From Octopus vulgaris (Eukaryota): a DNA stretch of 64,000 nucleotides. A program made the position numbers and the translations under genes. This document shows, piece after piece, positions 13,818 through 24,688 of the stretch; the stretch's first letter is position 1; the number at the start of each line of letters is the position of its first letter. The stretch is from positions 116,808,001-116,872,000 of the forward strand of contig OX597822.1 in the NCBI GenBank assembly GCA_951406725.2, in the 5' to 3' direction. The notes below the pieces were generated by a model. The model did not search any database, had not been told where the DNA came from, and worked only from the letters and a program-made list of their open reading frames with translations.

Positions 13818-14329
13818 TATACATCCTTCACAAATGTGTTTATATTTTTTTCCTAAGTCTACATCATTTTCCCACTCACATAATACTGGTTCACCCAAAG
13901 CTATAATACAAGAGTCACTTGTTGTTCACCCACAACTAAGGATTGTGAAGGGAACACTTAACCATAATCATGCCTGATAAACAGTAAAATTAAATTTCCA
14001 TCACTAATTACAGTCAGAGACAAACTAGATATTTTAAAATATAAAATATAACAGATAAATATATATTGCAAAAAGGAAAACGTTTTGCTTAAGTCCTTAA
14101 AATAGCGATTTTACGAAGGGATGTAACATTTCCCACCTAACATTGAATATAAAGGGAGATAATATTTTTTTTAATTCTTTTTAAAAAATTACATAAATTG
14201 AGTAAAGTGTTTAGCAGAGTGGAAAGTCAACTGTTAAAATTATTTTCATACAGTTCTATATTTAAGAGATGAGGAATTATGTACATTATTTACAATTGAC
14301 AGATATTTGTCATCATCTTGTTTGTTGTT

Positions 14330-14375
14330 AACACAACGTTTCGGCTGATATACCCTCCAGCCTTCATCAGGTGTC
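14330..14375 (-). ncRNA. type I hammerhead ribozyme motif (minimal, palindromic stem III)
   Basis: GACAC-CTGATGA-A-GGCTG(gagggtatat)CAGCC-GAAACGTT-GTGTT. Confidence 0.75.
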
Positions 14376-14533
14376 TTGGAGAAATTTTGAACCTGGGTTC
14401 TCATTCCTAAGGTATTTTTCGATATTATTATTATTATTATTCAGGTCACTGCCTGGAATCGAACTCGGAATCTTGGAGTTAGTATCTCACACTCTTAACC
14501 ACAACACCATATGCCCACAGGCATATGGCATAG

Positions 14534-15034
14534 TTTTCTATAGTTACCTAATTCTGAGTCTCAAATGTATTTTAACTTTTTAATTATAAAAAACTGGACT
14601 GATTGAATGTGCTGCAAAAAAACGAAGAAAATAGTAATTAAATAATTAAATTTTAAAAAAAGAAAATACTGAAAAAATACCATTTAAAATTGGCCCAATC
14701 CTAAAATAATCTCATCTCTTAAATATAGGAAAAAAATGTATTTAAACTGTATTAGAGAAATAGATTTCTGCTATTTGCCCCAAGGACATAAAAGAAAAAC
14801 AGTATAAACACACACACCCAAATATGGTAGGATAATTACATTAAATATAGAAACGGAAATATGAATAAGATTCCTTTCTGGAATGGTAAATCTCGAAGCA
14901 GACAAAACTATAAAGAATAGCATGGACGTATTGGGTTAAAAAATCCTTTGGATAAAAATGTTGAAGGCTGCCTGAAGTTTCTAAATTCTTATGGCAACAA
15001 CATAAAAATCTTGCTGGTAAGAATGAAGTTTCTA
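14534..15034 (-). pseudogene. local duplicate of 17301-17771 carrying a pseudo-exon (14534-14611)
   Basis: Near-identical to the source. TGG is changed to TGA (14561-14563), the donor end is missing and the acceptor is intact. Confidence 0.85.
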
Positions 15035-15067
15035 AATTTATTTTGTTTTGAAATATCTGAAATCCTC

Positions 15068-15450
15068 CAGGAGTGGCTGTGTAGTAAGTAACTTGCTTAC
15101 CAACCACATGGTTCTGGGTTCAGTCCCACTGTGTGGCACTTTGGGCAAGTGTCTTCTACTATAGCTTCGGGCCAACCAAAGCCTTGTGAGTGGATCTGGT
15201 AGACAGAAACTGAAAGAAGCCCGTCGTATATATGCATATGTGTGTGTTTGTGTGTCTGTATTTGTCCCCGCAACATCGCTTGACAACCGACGCTGGTATG
15301 TTTACGTCTCCATAACTTAGCGGTTCGGCAAAAGAATCTGTAGAATAAGTACAAGGCTAACAAAGAATAAGTCCTGGGGTCGCTTTGCTCAACTAAAGGC
15401 GGTGCTCCAGCATGGCCACAGTCAAATGACTGAAACAAGTAAAAGAGTAA
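15068..15450 (+). mobile_element. tRNA-derived SINE with CORE-like ttgggcaagt segment and internal microsatellite (family B)
   Basis: tggctgtgt(g)gt A box, ggttcagtccc B box and gaaacaagtaaaagagt end. Copies at about 19018-19175, 20590-20830(-), 21652-22070, 24200-24350(-), 37085-37455, 42009-42680, 48131-48330(-) and 50680-51058(-). Confidence 0.8.
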
Positions 15451-15839
15451 TACATTAAATTGTACAAATTTTTAAATGAAGAACGAAGCTCGAAAATCAA
15501 TAACGGCAGTTAATATATACCCAGATATCCAAACAATATCCAAAGTTTGTTCCATCTTTAATGGAGAATGGATCCTCACCATCATTATCGTTTAACGTCC
15601 ATTGTCCATACTGGCATGGGTTGGATGGTTTGACCAGGGCTGGTAAGCTGAGAGGCCGCACCACATTCTAGGCTGATTCGGCATGGTTTCTATGACTGGA
15701 TGCCCTTCCTAATGCCAACCACTCCGAGAGTATATATAAATAGGTAAACGAATTTAAGAAAACAAAAAAAAAATCTCCAAAATTTTCTACCTTAGAATTT
15801 AGTTTGATTTCGAATAGAAGCAGCGAAAAGGAGGTTCCT

Positions 15840-16186
15840 CTGAAGTGTCTCCAGGGTGATGTTACTCAACAGAGTATGTAGCCTGGAGAACAGGAACCTC
15901 TCCAGACCGAGCTGGAACTTCTCTGCATTGAGATCGCAGCCCTTGTGTTACAGACATAGAATTAGAATGTCTGAGGACAGGTTTTTCAAGCTGAGCTAAC
16001 TGGCAGGAGACTTAGGGATAGACCACAAACGAGATGGGTGGATGACATCCATAATCTCAGTTGGTCGTGCTTTAGAATCCAGCTGGAAAGTCTAATGGGG
16101 ATTGTTTCTGGCAGGACCATATGGAAGAGGTGCCTGGAGATTCTAATCCCATGACTGTCCCAAGAATAGTAGATGGATGGATGGAT
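15840..16186 (+). mobile_element. old RTE-type LINE 3' fragment (different family)
   Basis: RMSEDR...RPQTRWVDDI-like remnants and a (GGAT)n tail. Confidence 0.5.
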
Positions 16187-16420
16187 TATTATGAATTTGG
16201 GGAGAAAGCGTCAGTTTTGAGAAGTTCAGAATATCAAGACATGAAGTTGGAGTTTTTCAAAAATAGAACATTCTTGCAAAATCTTAATTGAAAGAATGGT
16301 TAAAAAAAAAAAAAAAAGAATTTTTGAAAATGCTGAACTGAAAGAATGGTAAAAAGGAAGGATTTTTAAAAATCTGAACTGAAAAAATGGTAAAAAAAAA
16401 AAGGAGGAATTTTTACTTAC

Positions 16421-16495
16421 CGTTGAATGACCTCATCTGATGTAAGACCTTTGCAATCATGGAAGAATACCAAAGATGTATCTTCTTCCAATCCT
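16421..16495 (-). CDS. ATP13A3: P5B ATPase coding exon
   Basis: 75 nt, tttctcag/gtaagt, phase 2-2. GLEEDTSLVFFHDCKGLTSDEVIQ(R). Confidence 0.9.
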
Positions 16496-17295
16496 CTGAG
16501 AAATAAAATGAGAAGTGAGAGATGTATGTTACATAAAATCCAAAGTTTTCTTAGACAACACTATAACTCCCGCCAACATTAACTGTGCTTTTAATACAGT
16601 ATGCCCATAAGAGACATTATCTCGGGACAACTATTACAATAAGCTGGCCTATCAATGGTGTATATACATTACACTACAGGGACGGAAATTATAACTAGTG
16701 CACCTTTCCTGAATGGTAAGTTTTACTATGAAAGGACACTACAATTGATGTTTCAATAAACCTTGTCTTCTTGAATAGTGTGCTACAAAATGACAAAACA
16801 CAAAAATATTTCCTTCCTATTTGGTGTTTGGGAAGCGACAAGACTGGCTGATGCAAAGAAAAACTGCTGCTGAAATAATAGTAGAAAGGGTATCCTAGAT
16901 AACCCACAAAAATTGAAGTGGATTTTATGAAGGCACTGGAACTAGAAAAGTTAAACCCAGCTACACTAAAGGGTCCTCTTTCCTCTGGTCCTTCCTGCTT
17001 TATTGTTCATCATTTTATTGGTGCATTTTGTCACGGCACCAACAATGGTAACGTTTCTTTCTGCACTGTATAACTAAATGGGCCTCACAACTTTAAGCTG
17101 TGTCCAACTGCCCAATACAACGTGACTGAGAGGGTCAATTCAATGTAGGATTTGAAACCAAGACCATCAGTCAGGCATTTGACATGTTGCTTTGTGAACA
17201 AGTTTTGATTGTAAACTATTACATTGTAAGAGAAAAAAAGAGAAAAAAAAGGGCAGAAATAGAGCATCATCACCAAAAATGTTTCAGAATCTTAC

Positions 17296-17378
17296 CTTAA
17301 TTTTCTATAGTTACCTAATTCTGAGTCCCAAATGTATTTTAACTTTTTAATTATAAAAAACTGGACTGATTGAATGTG
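17296..17378 (-). CDS. ATP13A3: P5B ATPase coding exon
   Basis: 83 nt, tttgcag/gtaaga, phase 0-2. HIQSVQFFIIKKLKYIWDSELGNYRKL(R) matches the F....KY.W motif. Confidence 0.88.
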
Positions 17379-18097
17379 CTGCAAAAAAACAAAGAAAATA
17401 CTAATTAAATAATTAAATAAAAAAAAAAGAAAATACTGAAAAAATACCATTTAAAATTGGCCCAAGGAAAAAAATGTATTTAAACTGTATTAGAGAAATA
17501 GATTTCTGCTATTTGCCCCAAGGACATAAAAGAAAAACAGTATAAACACACACACCAAATATGGTAGGATAATTACATTAAATATAGAAACGGAAATATG
17601 AATAAGATTCCTTTCTGGAATGGTAAATCTCGAAGCAGACAAAACTATAAAGAATAGCATGGATGTATTGGGTTAAAAAATCCTTTGGATAAAAATGTTG
17701 AAGGCTGCCTGAAGTTTCTAAATTCTTATGGCAACAACATAAAAATCTTGCTGGTAAGAATGAAGTTTCTAGAGTGGAGAAATTCAAAGGATTGCTTTGG
17801 TCCAGTGGTACAACAGCTGTCATGTCTATAGGAGACGTGGGTGCAAGTCCTACAAGCAGCCTTTGACATTTTCTATCAAAAAAGGATTTTTTAACCAAAT
17901 ATTTACATATTATTTATTTATAGCTTTGTCTGCTTCAAGATCCACCACTCAAAAATAGAATTACTTCATGTTCTCTCAAAGTTTATCAATTTTTATGACA
18001 TCAACTATATATAAAAATATAATGCAAAATAAAAAAAATTAGTAAAGTGTGACATGTGAGATACCAAAAACAATACCTATACACATAAATATATTAC

Positions 18098-18181
18098 CTG
18101 GCTAATTGCATAATCAATGCTTATATTTCTGCTGTTAGTTTCACCATAATTTGGTTCTTCATATAACGCTTTGTAATCTGC
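18098..18181 (-). CDS. ATP13A3: P5B ATPase candidate (cassette) exon in the variable linker
   Basis: 84 nt, ccttttaattag / CAG|gtaata, phase 0-0 and open: ADYKALYEEPNYGETNSRNISIDYAISQ. It is frame-neutral, so it is not required by phase. Confidence 0.62.
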
Positions 18182-18793
18182 CTAATTAAAAGGAACAATG
18201 CAAACAGAAGGTGGATCACGAAGCATTGCCTGAACAACAAAACTGTGGTGAAACTAACAATAGTAATACTTAAAAGAACAAAAAAACCTGGCACTCCATC
18301 GGTTGCAACAGGGGTTCCATTTCATTTGATCAACGGAACAGTTCCATTCCGTTTGATCAATGGAACAGCCTACTTGTGAAATTAACGTGCAAGCGGCTGA
18401 GCACTCCACAGACACATGTACACTAAACATGGTTCTCAGGGAGATTCAGCGTGACACAGTGTGAGACAAGGCTGGCCCCCTTGTGAATTACAGGTACAAC
18501 TCATTTTTGCCAGCTGAGTGGACTGGGGCAATAAAGTGAAGTAAAGTGTCTTGCTCAAGGACACAACGCATCGCCAGGAATTGAACTCATGACCTTACGA
18601 TCATGAACTGAATGCCCCAACCACTAAGGCTTTCACTAGGTAATGTAACAAAGGATTATCCAACAAATGAGAGAGAGAGAGAGAGAAAGAAGAGGAGATA
18701 TGGACAGATAGATGGATGGACCAACAGACAGGCAGGCATGCAGACAAACAGACATGGAGAGATACATGAAATGGTCGGGTTGTGTGCACCTAC

Positions 18794-18890
18794 CGATTGT
18801 TCCATGGCTGAATCTTGTAAATATGCAGCAGTGGAAAGTTTGCCTTTATACATGGAAAAAGATGCATCTGCAAGTTTGGTAAGTTGGGTG
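18794..18890 (-). CDS. ATP13A3: P5B ATPase coding exon (variable linker)
   Basis: 97 nt, long pyrimidine tract + cacag / gtaggt. Phase 2-0 bridges the neighbouring exons exactly. (S)TQLTKLADASFSMYKGKLSTAAYLQDSAMEQS. Confidence 0.78.
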
Positions 18891-19204
18891 CTGTGAAGAA
18901 AAGAGAAAAAGAAAGGAGGGAAATTCCAATAAACACAACAGGTTTAAAGAGTCAAGTTTTAATACAATTTAACGAGTTATTATAGCAGTATCCCCCCCCC
19001 ACTCACACACACACACAGGCATGGCCATGTGGTAAAAAGCTTACTTCCCAACCACACAGGTCTGGGTTCAGTCCCACTGCATGGCACCTTCGGCAAGTGT
19101 CTTCTACTATATACCCTTGGGCTGACCAAAGACTTGTAAGTGGATTTGGTTGATGGAAACTGAAAGAAACCCATTGTATGTATGTATATAAATATATATA
19201 TATA

Positions 19205-20031
19205 TTTCTCCTCGTATTAATCAACATTCGTATCTTCGCGCCATCTTGAAGCCTTTTCTCTCTAATTCACATGTACTATCTCTCTCTCTCTCTCTCTCAT
19301 CTACAAGCTGTGAATTTCCGTTTGCGAACAAGATAGGTGTTTTGAATTGCTATTTTCAACTCTTTACCATAATTTTATCAAATTTTTCTGTCTATCTTTG
19401 ACCATTCATAATTGTATCAAATTTCTCTATCTTTCTATCTTATCTAATCTTATTCATTTCATATCATTTCTGCTCGTATTAATCAACATTCGTATCTTCG
19501 CGCCATCTTGAAGCCTTTTCTCCCTAATTCACATGTACTATCTCTCTCTCTCTCTCTCTCTCTCTCATCTACAAGCTGTGAATTTCCGTTTGCGAACAAG
19601 ATAGGTGTTTTGAATTGCTATTTTCAACTCTTTACCATAATTTTATCAAATTTCTCTGTCTATCTTTGACCATTCATAATTTTATCAAATTTCTCTATCT
19701 GTCTATCTTATCTAATCTTATTCATTTCATATCATTTCTCCTCGTATTAATCAACATTCGTATCTTCGTGCCATCTTGAAGCCTTTTCTCTCTAATTCAC
19801 ATGTACTATCTCTCTCTCTCTCTCTCTCATCTACAAGCTGTGAATTTCCGTTTGCGAACAAGATAGGTGTTTTGAATTGCTATTTTCAACTCTTTACCAT
19901 AATTTTATCAAATTTCTCTGTCTATCTTTGACCATTCATAATTTTATCAAATTTCTCTATCTGTCTATCTTATCTAATCTTATTCATTTCATATCATTTC
20001 TCCTCGTATTAATCAACATTCGTATCTTCGC
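19205..20031. repeat. tandem array, about 3.1 units of about 260-270 bp
   Basis: Units start near 19205, 19465, 19734 and 19994 and differ mainly in (CT)n length. Confidence 0.92.
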
Positions 20032-21822
20032 GGTGCACCCGCCCTACCCACCCCCACCACCAATACTGGATATCTATATTTTTGCTCCATCTATACCGGA
20101 TGTCGCTTCTCCCACCACCATTATAGGTGTCTACTCTTCGAACCCCCCTCTTCAATACGCTATTTCACCATGCATTACCCCTCTCTCAATATCCTACGTT
20201 CTACTTGCCTAGAACCTGTCATCATTTCTCTGAACCACCCCTCCCCACTGGTGCTTCCCTATATTTCTGCACCCCCCCCCACATAAAAAGCACCATCCGA
20301 ACGTGGCCGATGCCAGACCCCTCTGGCACCTGTGCAGGTGGCACGTAAAAAACACCCACTACACTCGCGGAGTGGTTGGCGTTAGGAAGGGCATCCAGCT
20401 GTAGAAACACTGCCAGACTAGACTGGAGCCTGGGGCAGTCCCGAGCTCCCCAGATCCCGGTCGAAACCGTCCAACCCGTGCTAGCGCGGAAAACGGACGT
20501 TAAACGATGATGATGATGATGATGATGTGTGTGTGTGTGTATTTATATATGTGTGTGTGTATGTGTCTGTATCTCTTTACTCTTTTATTCTTTTACTTGT
20601 TTCAGTCAGTTGACTGTGGCCATGCTGGAGCACTGCCTTTAGTCGAGCAAATCGACCCCAGGACTTATTCTTTGTAAGCCCAGTACTTATTCCATCCGTC
20701 TCTTTTGCCGAACCACTAATTTACGGGGACGTAAACACACCAGCATCAGTTGTCAAGCGATGTTGAGGGGGCAAACACAGACACACACAAACACATATAT
20801 ATATACGACGGGCTTCTTTCAGTTTCCATTTACACATACACATTTTTATTGAAGCTGCAAAAACATCACAAAAAACTGTGACTCAGAGTTTCACATTCCC
20901 ATTCGTTGGAGAGTTGTGATCATTTTCAATAAAAAAGCAAACCTTCAGTAGTCGAGGACTATTTTGTTGCATCTTAATAATAATATAATGAAATTATTGT
21001 GTACAGTGCTCAGGTGCACCACAACATGAAATCACATTTGCATTTATGGGCTTACTCAAGTGTGTGTGTGTGTGTGTCTTTATGCTTGTTTGTCCCCCAC
21101 TACTGCACTGGTGTTGGTTTGTTTATGTCCATGTAGCTTAGTGGTTTGGCACAAGAGACCGATAGAGTAAGTACTAAGCTTAAAAAGTAAGTCCTAGAGT
21201 CGCTTTGTTCGACTAAACCCTTTTAAGGTGGTGCCCCAGTATGGCCTCAGTCAAATGGCTGAAACAAATAAAAGATAAAAGACGCACTCACACTTCTGAT
21301 TCCAGTGACAGACCCTCTCTCAAAATTCTTACAAATGCCAGTAGCACGTAAAAAGCACCAACCAATCGTGGCCGTTGCCAGCCCCCTCTGGCCCGTGCCG
21401 GTGGCATGTAAAAAGCACCCACTACCCTCATGAAGAGCATGGGGTGGTTGGCATTAGGAAGGGCATCCAGCTGTAGAAACACTGCCAGATCAGACTGGAG
21501 CCTGGTGTAGCCTCCTGGTTTTCCAGACCCTGGTCGAACCATCCAACCCATGCTAGCATGGAAAGCGGACGTTAATCGATGATGATGATGATGATGATGA
21601 TGGTGAAACATGTAATCATAGAAAACAAGAAAATAATTGTTTGTGTTTTAGGCATGAGACATGGCCATGTGGTAAGAAGTTTGCTTCCCAACCACACAGC
21701 TACGAGTTCAGTCCCACAGCATAGCACCTTGGGCAAATATCTTCTGCTATAGCCTCTAGGCTGATCAAAGCCTTGTAAGTGGATGTGGAATACGGAAACT
21801 GAAAGAAGCCTATCATATATAC

Positions 21823-21864
<42 letters not shown>

Positions 21865-22738
21865 CTTTGTGTCTATCCAATTACTGCTTGGCAACTGTTG
21901 TTGGCTTGTTTATGTCCCTGTAACTCAACGGTTCAGCAAAAGAGACTGAAAGAATAAGTACCAGGCTTTAAAACAAAAAGGGATCAATTCATTCGACTAA
22001 TATTCTTCAAGGCGGTGCCCCAGCATGGCCGCATTCTACTGACTGAAACAAATAAGAGATAAAAGATAAAGTAAGCAATTTTGAGGTTTGTAGATTACAT
22101 CAATCATAAAACTTGGGAAGTTTTGTGTTTTCACGGCCCCAGAGCCATGGAGGTTAAAATTGACCTCAGTGGGACTTGAAACCAGAATGCCAAGAACTGT
22201 AACTGAACCAAACCATGTAGAATTTTATCCAATACCCTGACAATTCTGCCAAAGGGCGAAGGCTCAACATTATGAGGATCAGCTCCACAAGGATGAAAAA
22301 CAAAGTTGATCATGGCAGGATTTGAACTCACAACATAAAGAACTAGAAAAATGCCCCTAAGCATTTTGTCTGATACCCAAATGATTCTGCCGGTTTAATA
22401 ATGGTAATATTTCTTTCTGCTAAAGGCACAAAGCCTGAAATTTGGTTGGAGGAAGCTAGCTGATTATATTAAACCCCAGTGTTTAACTGGTACTTATTTT
22501 ACCAACCCCAAAAGGATGAAAGGCAAAGTCACCCTCAGCAGGATTTGAGCTCAGAATGCAAAGACAGAAGAAATGGCACTAAGCATTTCATCCAGTCTGC
22601 TAATGGTTCTGCCAACTTGAAAGGGTGGAAGGCAAATTCGATCTCGGCAGAATTTGAACTCAGAACGTAGCAGCAGACAAAATACTGCTAAGCATTTTGC
22701 TCAGCGTGCTAACAATTCTGCCAGCTCACCACCTTCTT

Positions 22739-22767
22739 GATGATGATGATGATTATGATGATGGTGG

Positions 22768-22798
<31 letters not shown>

Positions 22799-22818
22799 GA
22801 TGATTATGATGATGGTGG

Positions 22819-22849
<31 letters not shown>

Positions 22850-22850
22850 G
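22739..22850. repeat. (GAT)n microsatellite with a higher-order duplication
   Basis: The block gattatgatgatggtggtgatgat... occurs twice. Confidence 0.85.
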
Positions 22851-22854
22851 CAGT

Positions 22855-23395
22855 ACCAGGCAGTGGCTTTCATGGCTTCTGATCTTAACTGATTGGAATT
22901 GTTATCACATACATTGTTTTATCTTGGTATAAAAGATGGGCTACAGTAAATATTCTGCTCAATACCACAGATTTGCTTGTCAGTTGAGCAGGTCCCTTAG
23001 TGGCTGATGATATGTGCATCTCTGATCATGAGCAGACATAGCAGGGGAGCATCATAGCCGTGTGTTGAGAGGAATTCTTAGGAAGTTTGAATAATTCACC
23101 TCTGGAAACATGGATGTTTCATTCAACATCCTTAAAGAAACCTTACTCAGGAACCTTTTGAGCGGGATGGGTTACTCAACCTGAAGAAAATACTAACTGG
23201 GCCCCACCTGCAAGGTTATGTGCTATTTATCTTCACATGAGATCACCATGTCGTGCACATATGGTTGTGATGCATGTGCCTGGTGTACCCTTATCAGACA
23301 AGTAGTTATGATGGGTATAATAAGCTTTGTATATTTTACCCTAGTGTCACTTTGATGGCATGCACTGCTCTCTCATTCAACAACAACAACAATAA
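22855..23395 (+). mobile_element. dispersed repeat ending in (AAT/AAC)n, probable retroelement 3' end
   Basis: Colinear with 2752-3050 and 3378-3700. Confidence 0.7.
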
Positions 23396-23682
23396 GTAAA
23401 AAATAAATAAATGTGCCCTTTTAAAGCCTAGCCAGGCTCATGGGCCCGATTTCCCGGTTTCAATGGCGTATGTGTTCCCCAGCTGGATGGGATGCCAGTC
23501 CATCACAGGTTACTCATTTTTGCCAGCTGAGTAGACTGGAGCAACATGAAATGAAGTGTTTTGCTCAAGAACACAACACGTCGTCCGGTCCAGGAATCGA
23601 AACCACAATCTTACGATCATGATGCTGACACCCTAACCACTCAGCCATGCACCTCCACAATAATAATAAGTAGAAAGATAAA

Positions 23683-23835
23683 TTTTTTTTCAACACGTAA
23701 ATACTGAACGGTATTTATAAAGGATAAAATCCTTTTAAGGGCAGAAAAATTTGCCAGCAACCAACAAATTCTTCTGCTCTTAAAAGGATTTTATCCTTTA
23801 TATATACTGTTCAGTATTTACGTGTTGAAAAAAAA
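23683..23835. repeat. about 70-bp-arm inverted repeat (foldback/MITE-like)
   Basis: ttcaacacgtaaatactgaac...aatttg versus caaatt...gttcagtatttacgtgttgaa. Confidence 0.85.
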
Positions 23836-23908
23836 AAAAGTCTTTTTATTTGTTCTACAACACATTTCAACGCTTCAAAAACAAACTTATGTTTGTTTAC
23901 ATATGATG

Positions 23909-23948
<40 letters not shown>

Positions 23949-24629
23949 CCTTTGGTTGGAAGACAAGGTTGATTTGCTGACTGCTGTTGGAATAAGATTC
24001 TACACAGAAATCCAGTGAAAAATAAGTTTTTCATATCCTGATGCAGACAAAACAAACAAAAAACAAAGCCAGACTAAAAAAATAGTAGACTTATCTAGTG
24101 CTAGTGATAAAGTGAAAATATTCAGAAGATGACTCCAAGATGCTGTCCCCTCTCTCTCTCTTTCGGAGAGGCACTGAGCAGCTATACGCACACATACACA
24201 CACGGCAGTAACTTCCACCTACCGAATTCAATCACAAAGCTCCGGTCGGCTCGAGGCTATAGCAGAAGACACCTGCCCAAAGTGCCACGCAGTGGGACTG
24301 AACCCGAAACCATGTAGTTGGGAAGCAAGCTCCCTAACCACACGGCCATAAATGAAATTTATGAAACGAGATAAATTTGTGTGCCATAGAGGGAGACAGA
24401 TGTGGGGGTGTGATATTTATTGTCAAAGAAATTAGAAATGTCTTGTTGCTCTGTCAGAAGATTTTTCACCAAAGCCCATACATCAATAGTATAAACTAGA
24501 GAAATTCAAATGAATTTTCACATTATCACAGAAAAAGTAAGATTTTTGGTTTTCATTTTACAATGAAATATTTACTAAGGAAAAATGTTATTTATTGTTT
24601 ATAAACAGGAAAGTAGCAGATAAACAAAC

Positions 24630-24688
24630 CTGACTCCATCTGTGGCTATTATGCGAACTTCTGCCACAAACCATTGCTTGTATTGGTC
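24630..24688 (-). CDS. ATP13A3: P5B ATPase coding exon
   Basis: 59 nt, ttttaag/gtttgt, phase 0-2. DQYKQWFVAEVRIIATDGV resembles DEFKMWFCAKIR of ATP13A3. Confidence 0.88.

Noticed and set aside
14455-14516. tRNA gene candidates (also SINE heads elsewhere)
   Set aside because: Only A/B boxes are present with no complete cloverleaf, and they are embedded in repeats.
17578-17898. 106-aa ORF with a near copy at 14841-15107
   Set aside because: The similarity comes from the local duplication. It overlaps an inverted-arm repeat and has no usable donor or ATPase similarity.
19205-20031. Regular repeats resembling a CRISPR array
   Set aside because: Whole units are near-identical with no unique spacers, the context is eukaryotic and there are no cas genes.
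22697-22882. Asp-rich ORF
   Set aside because: It is a (GAT)n microsatellite between repeats.
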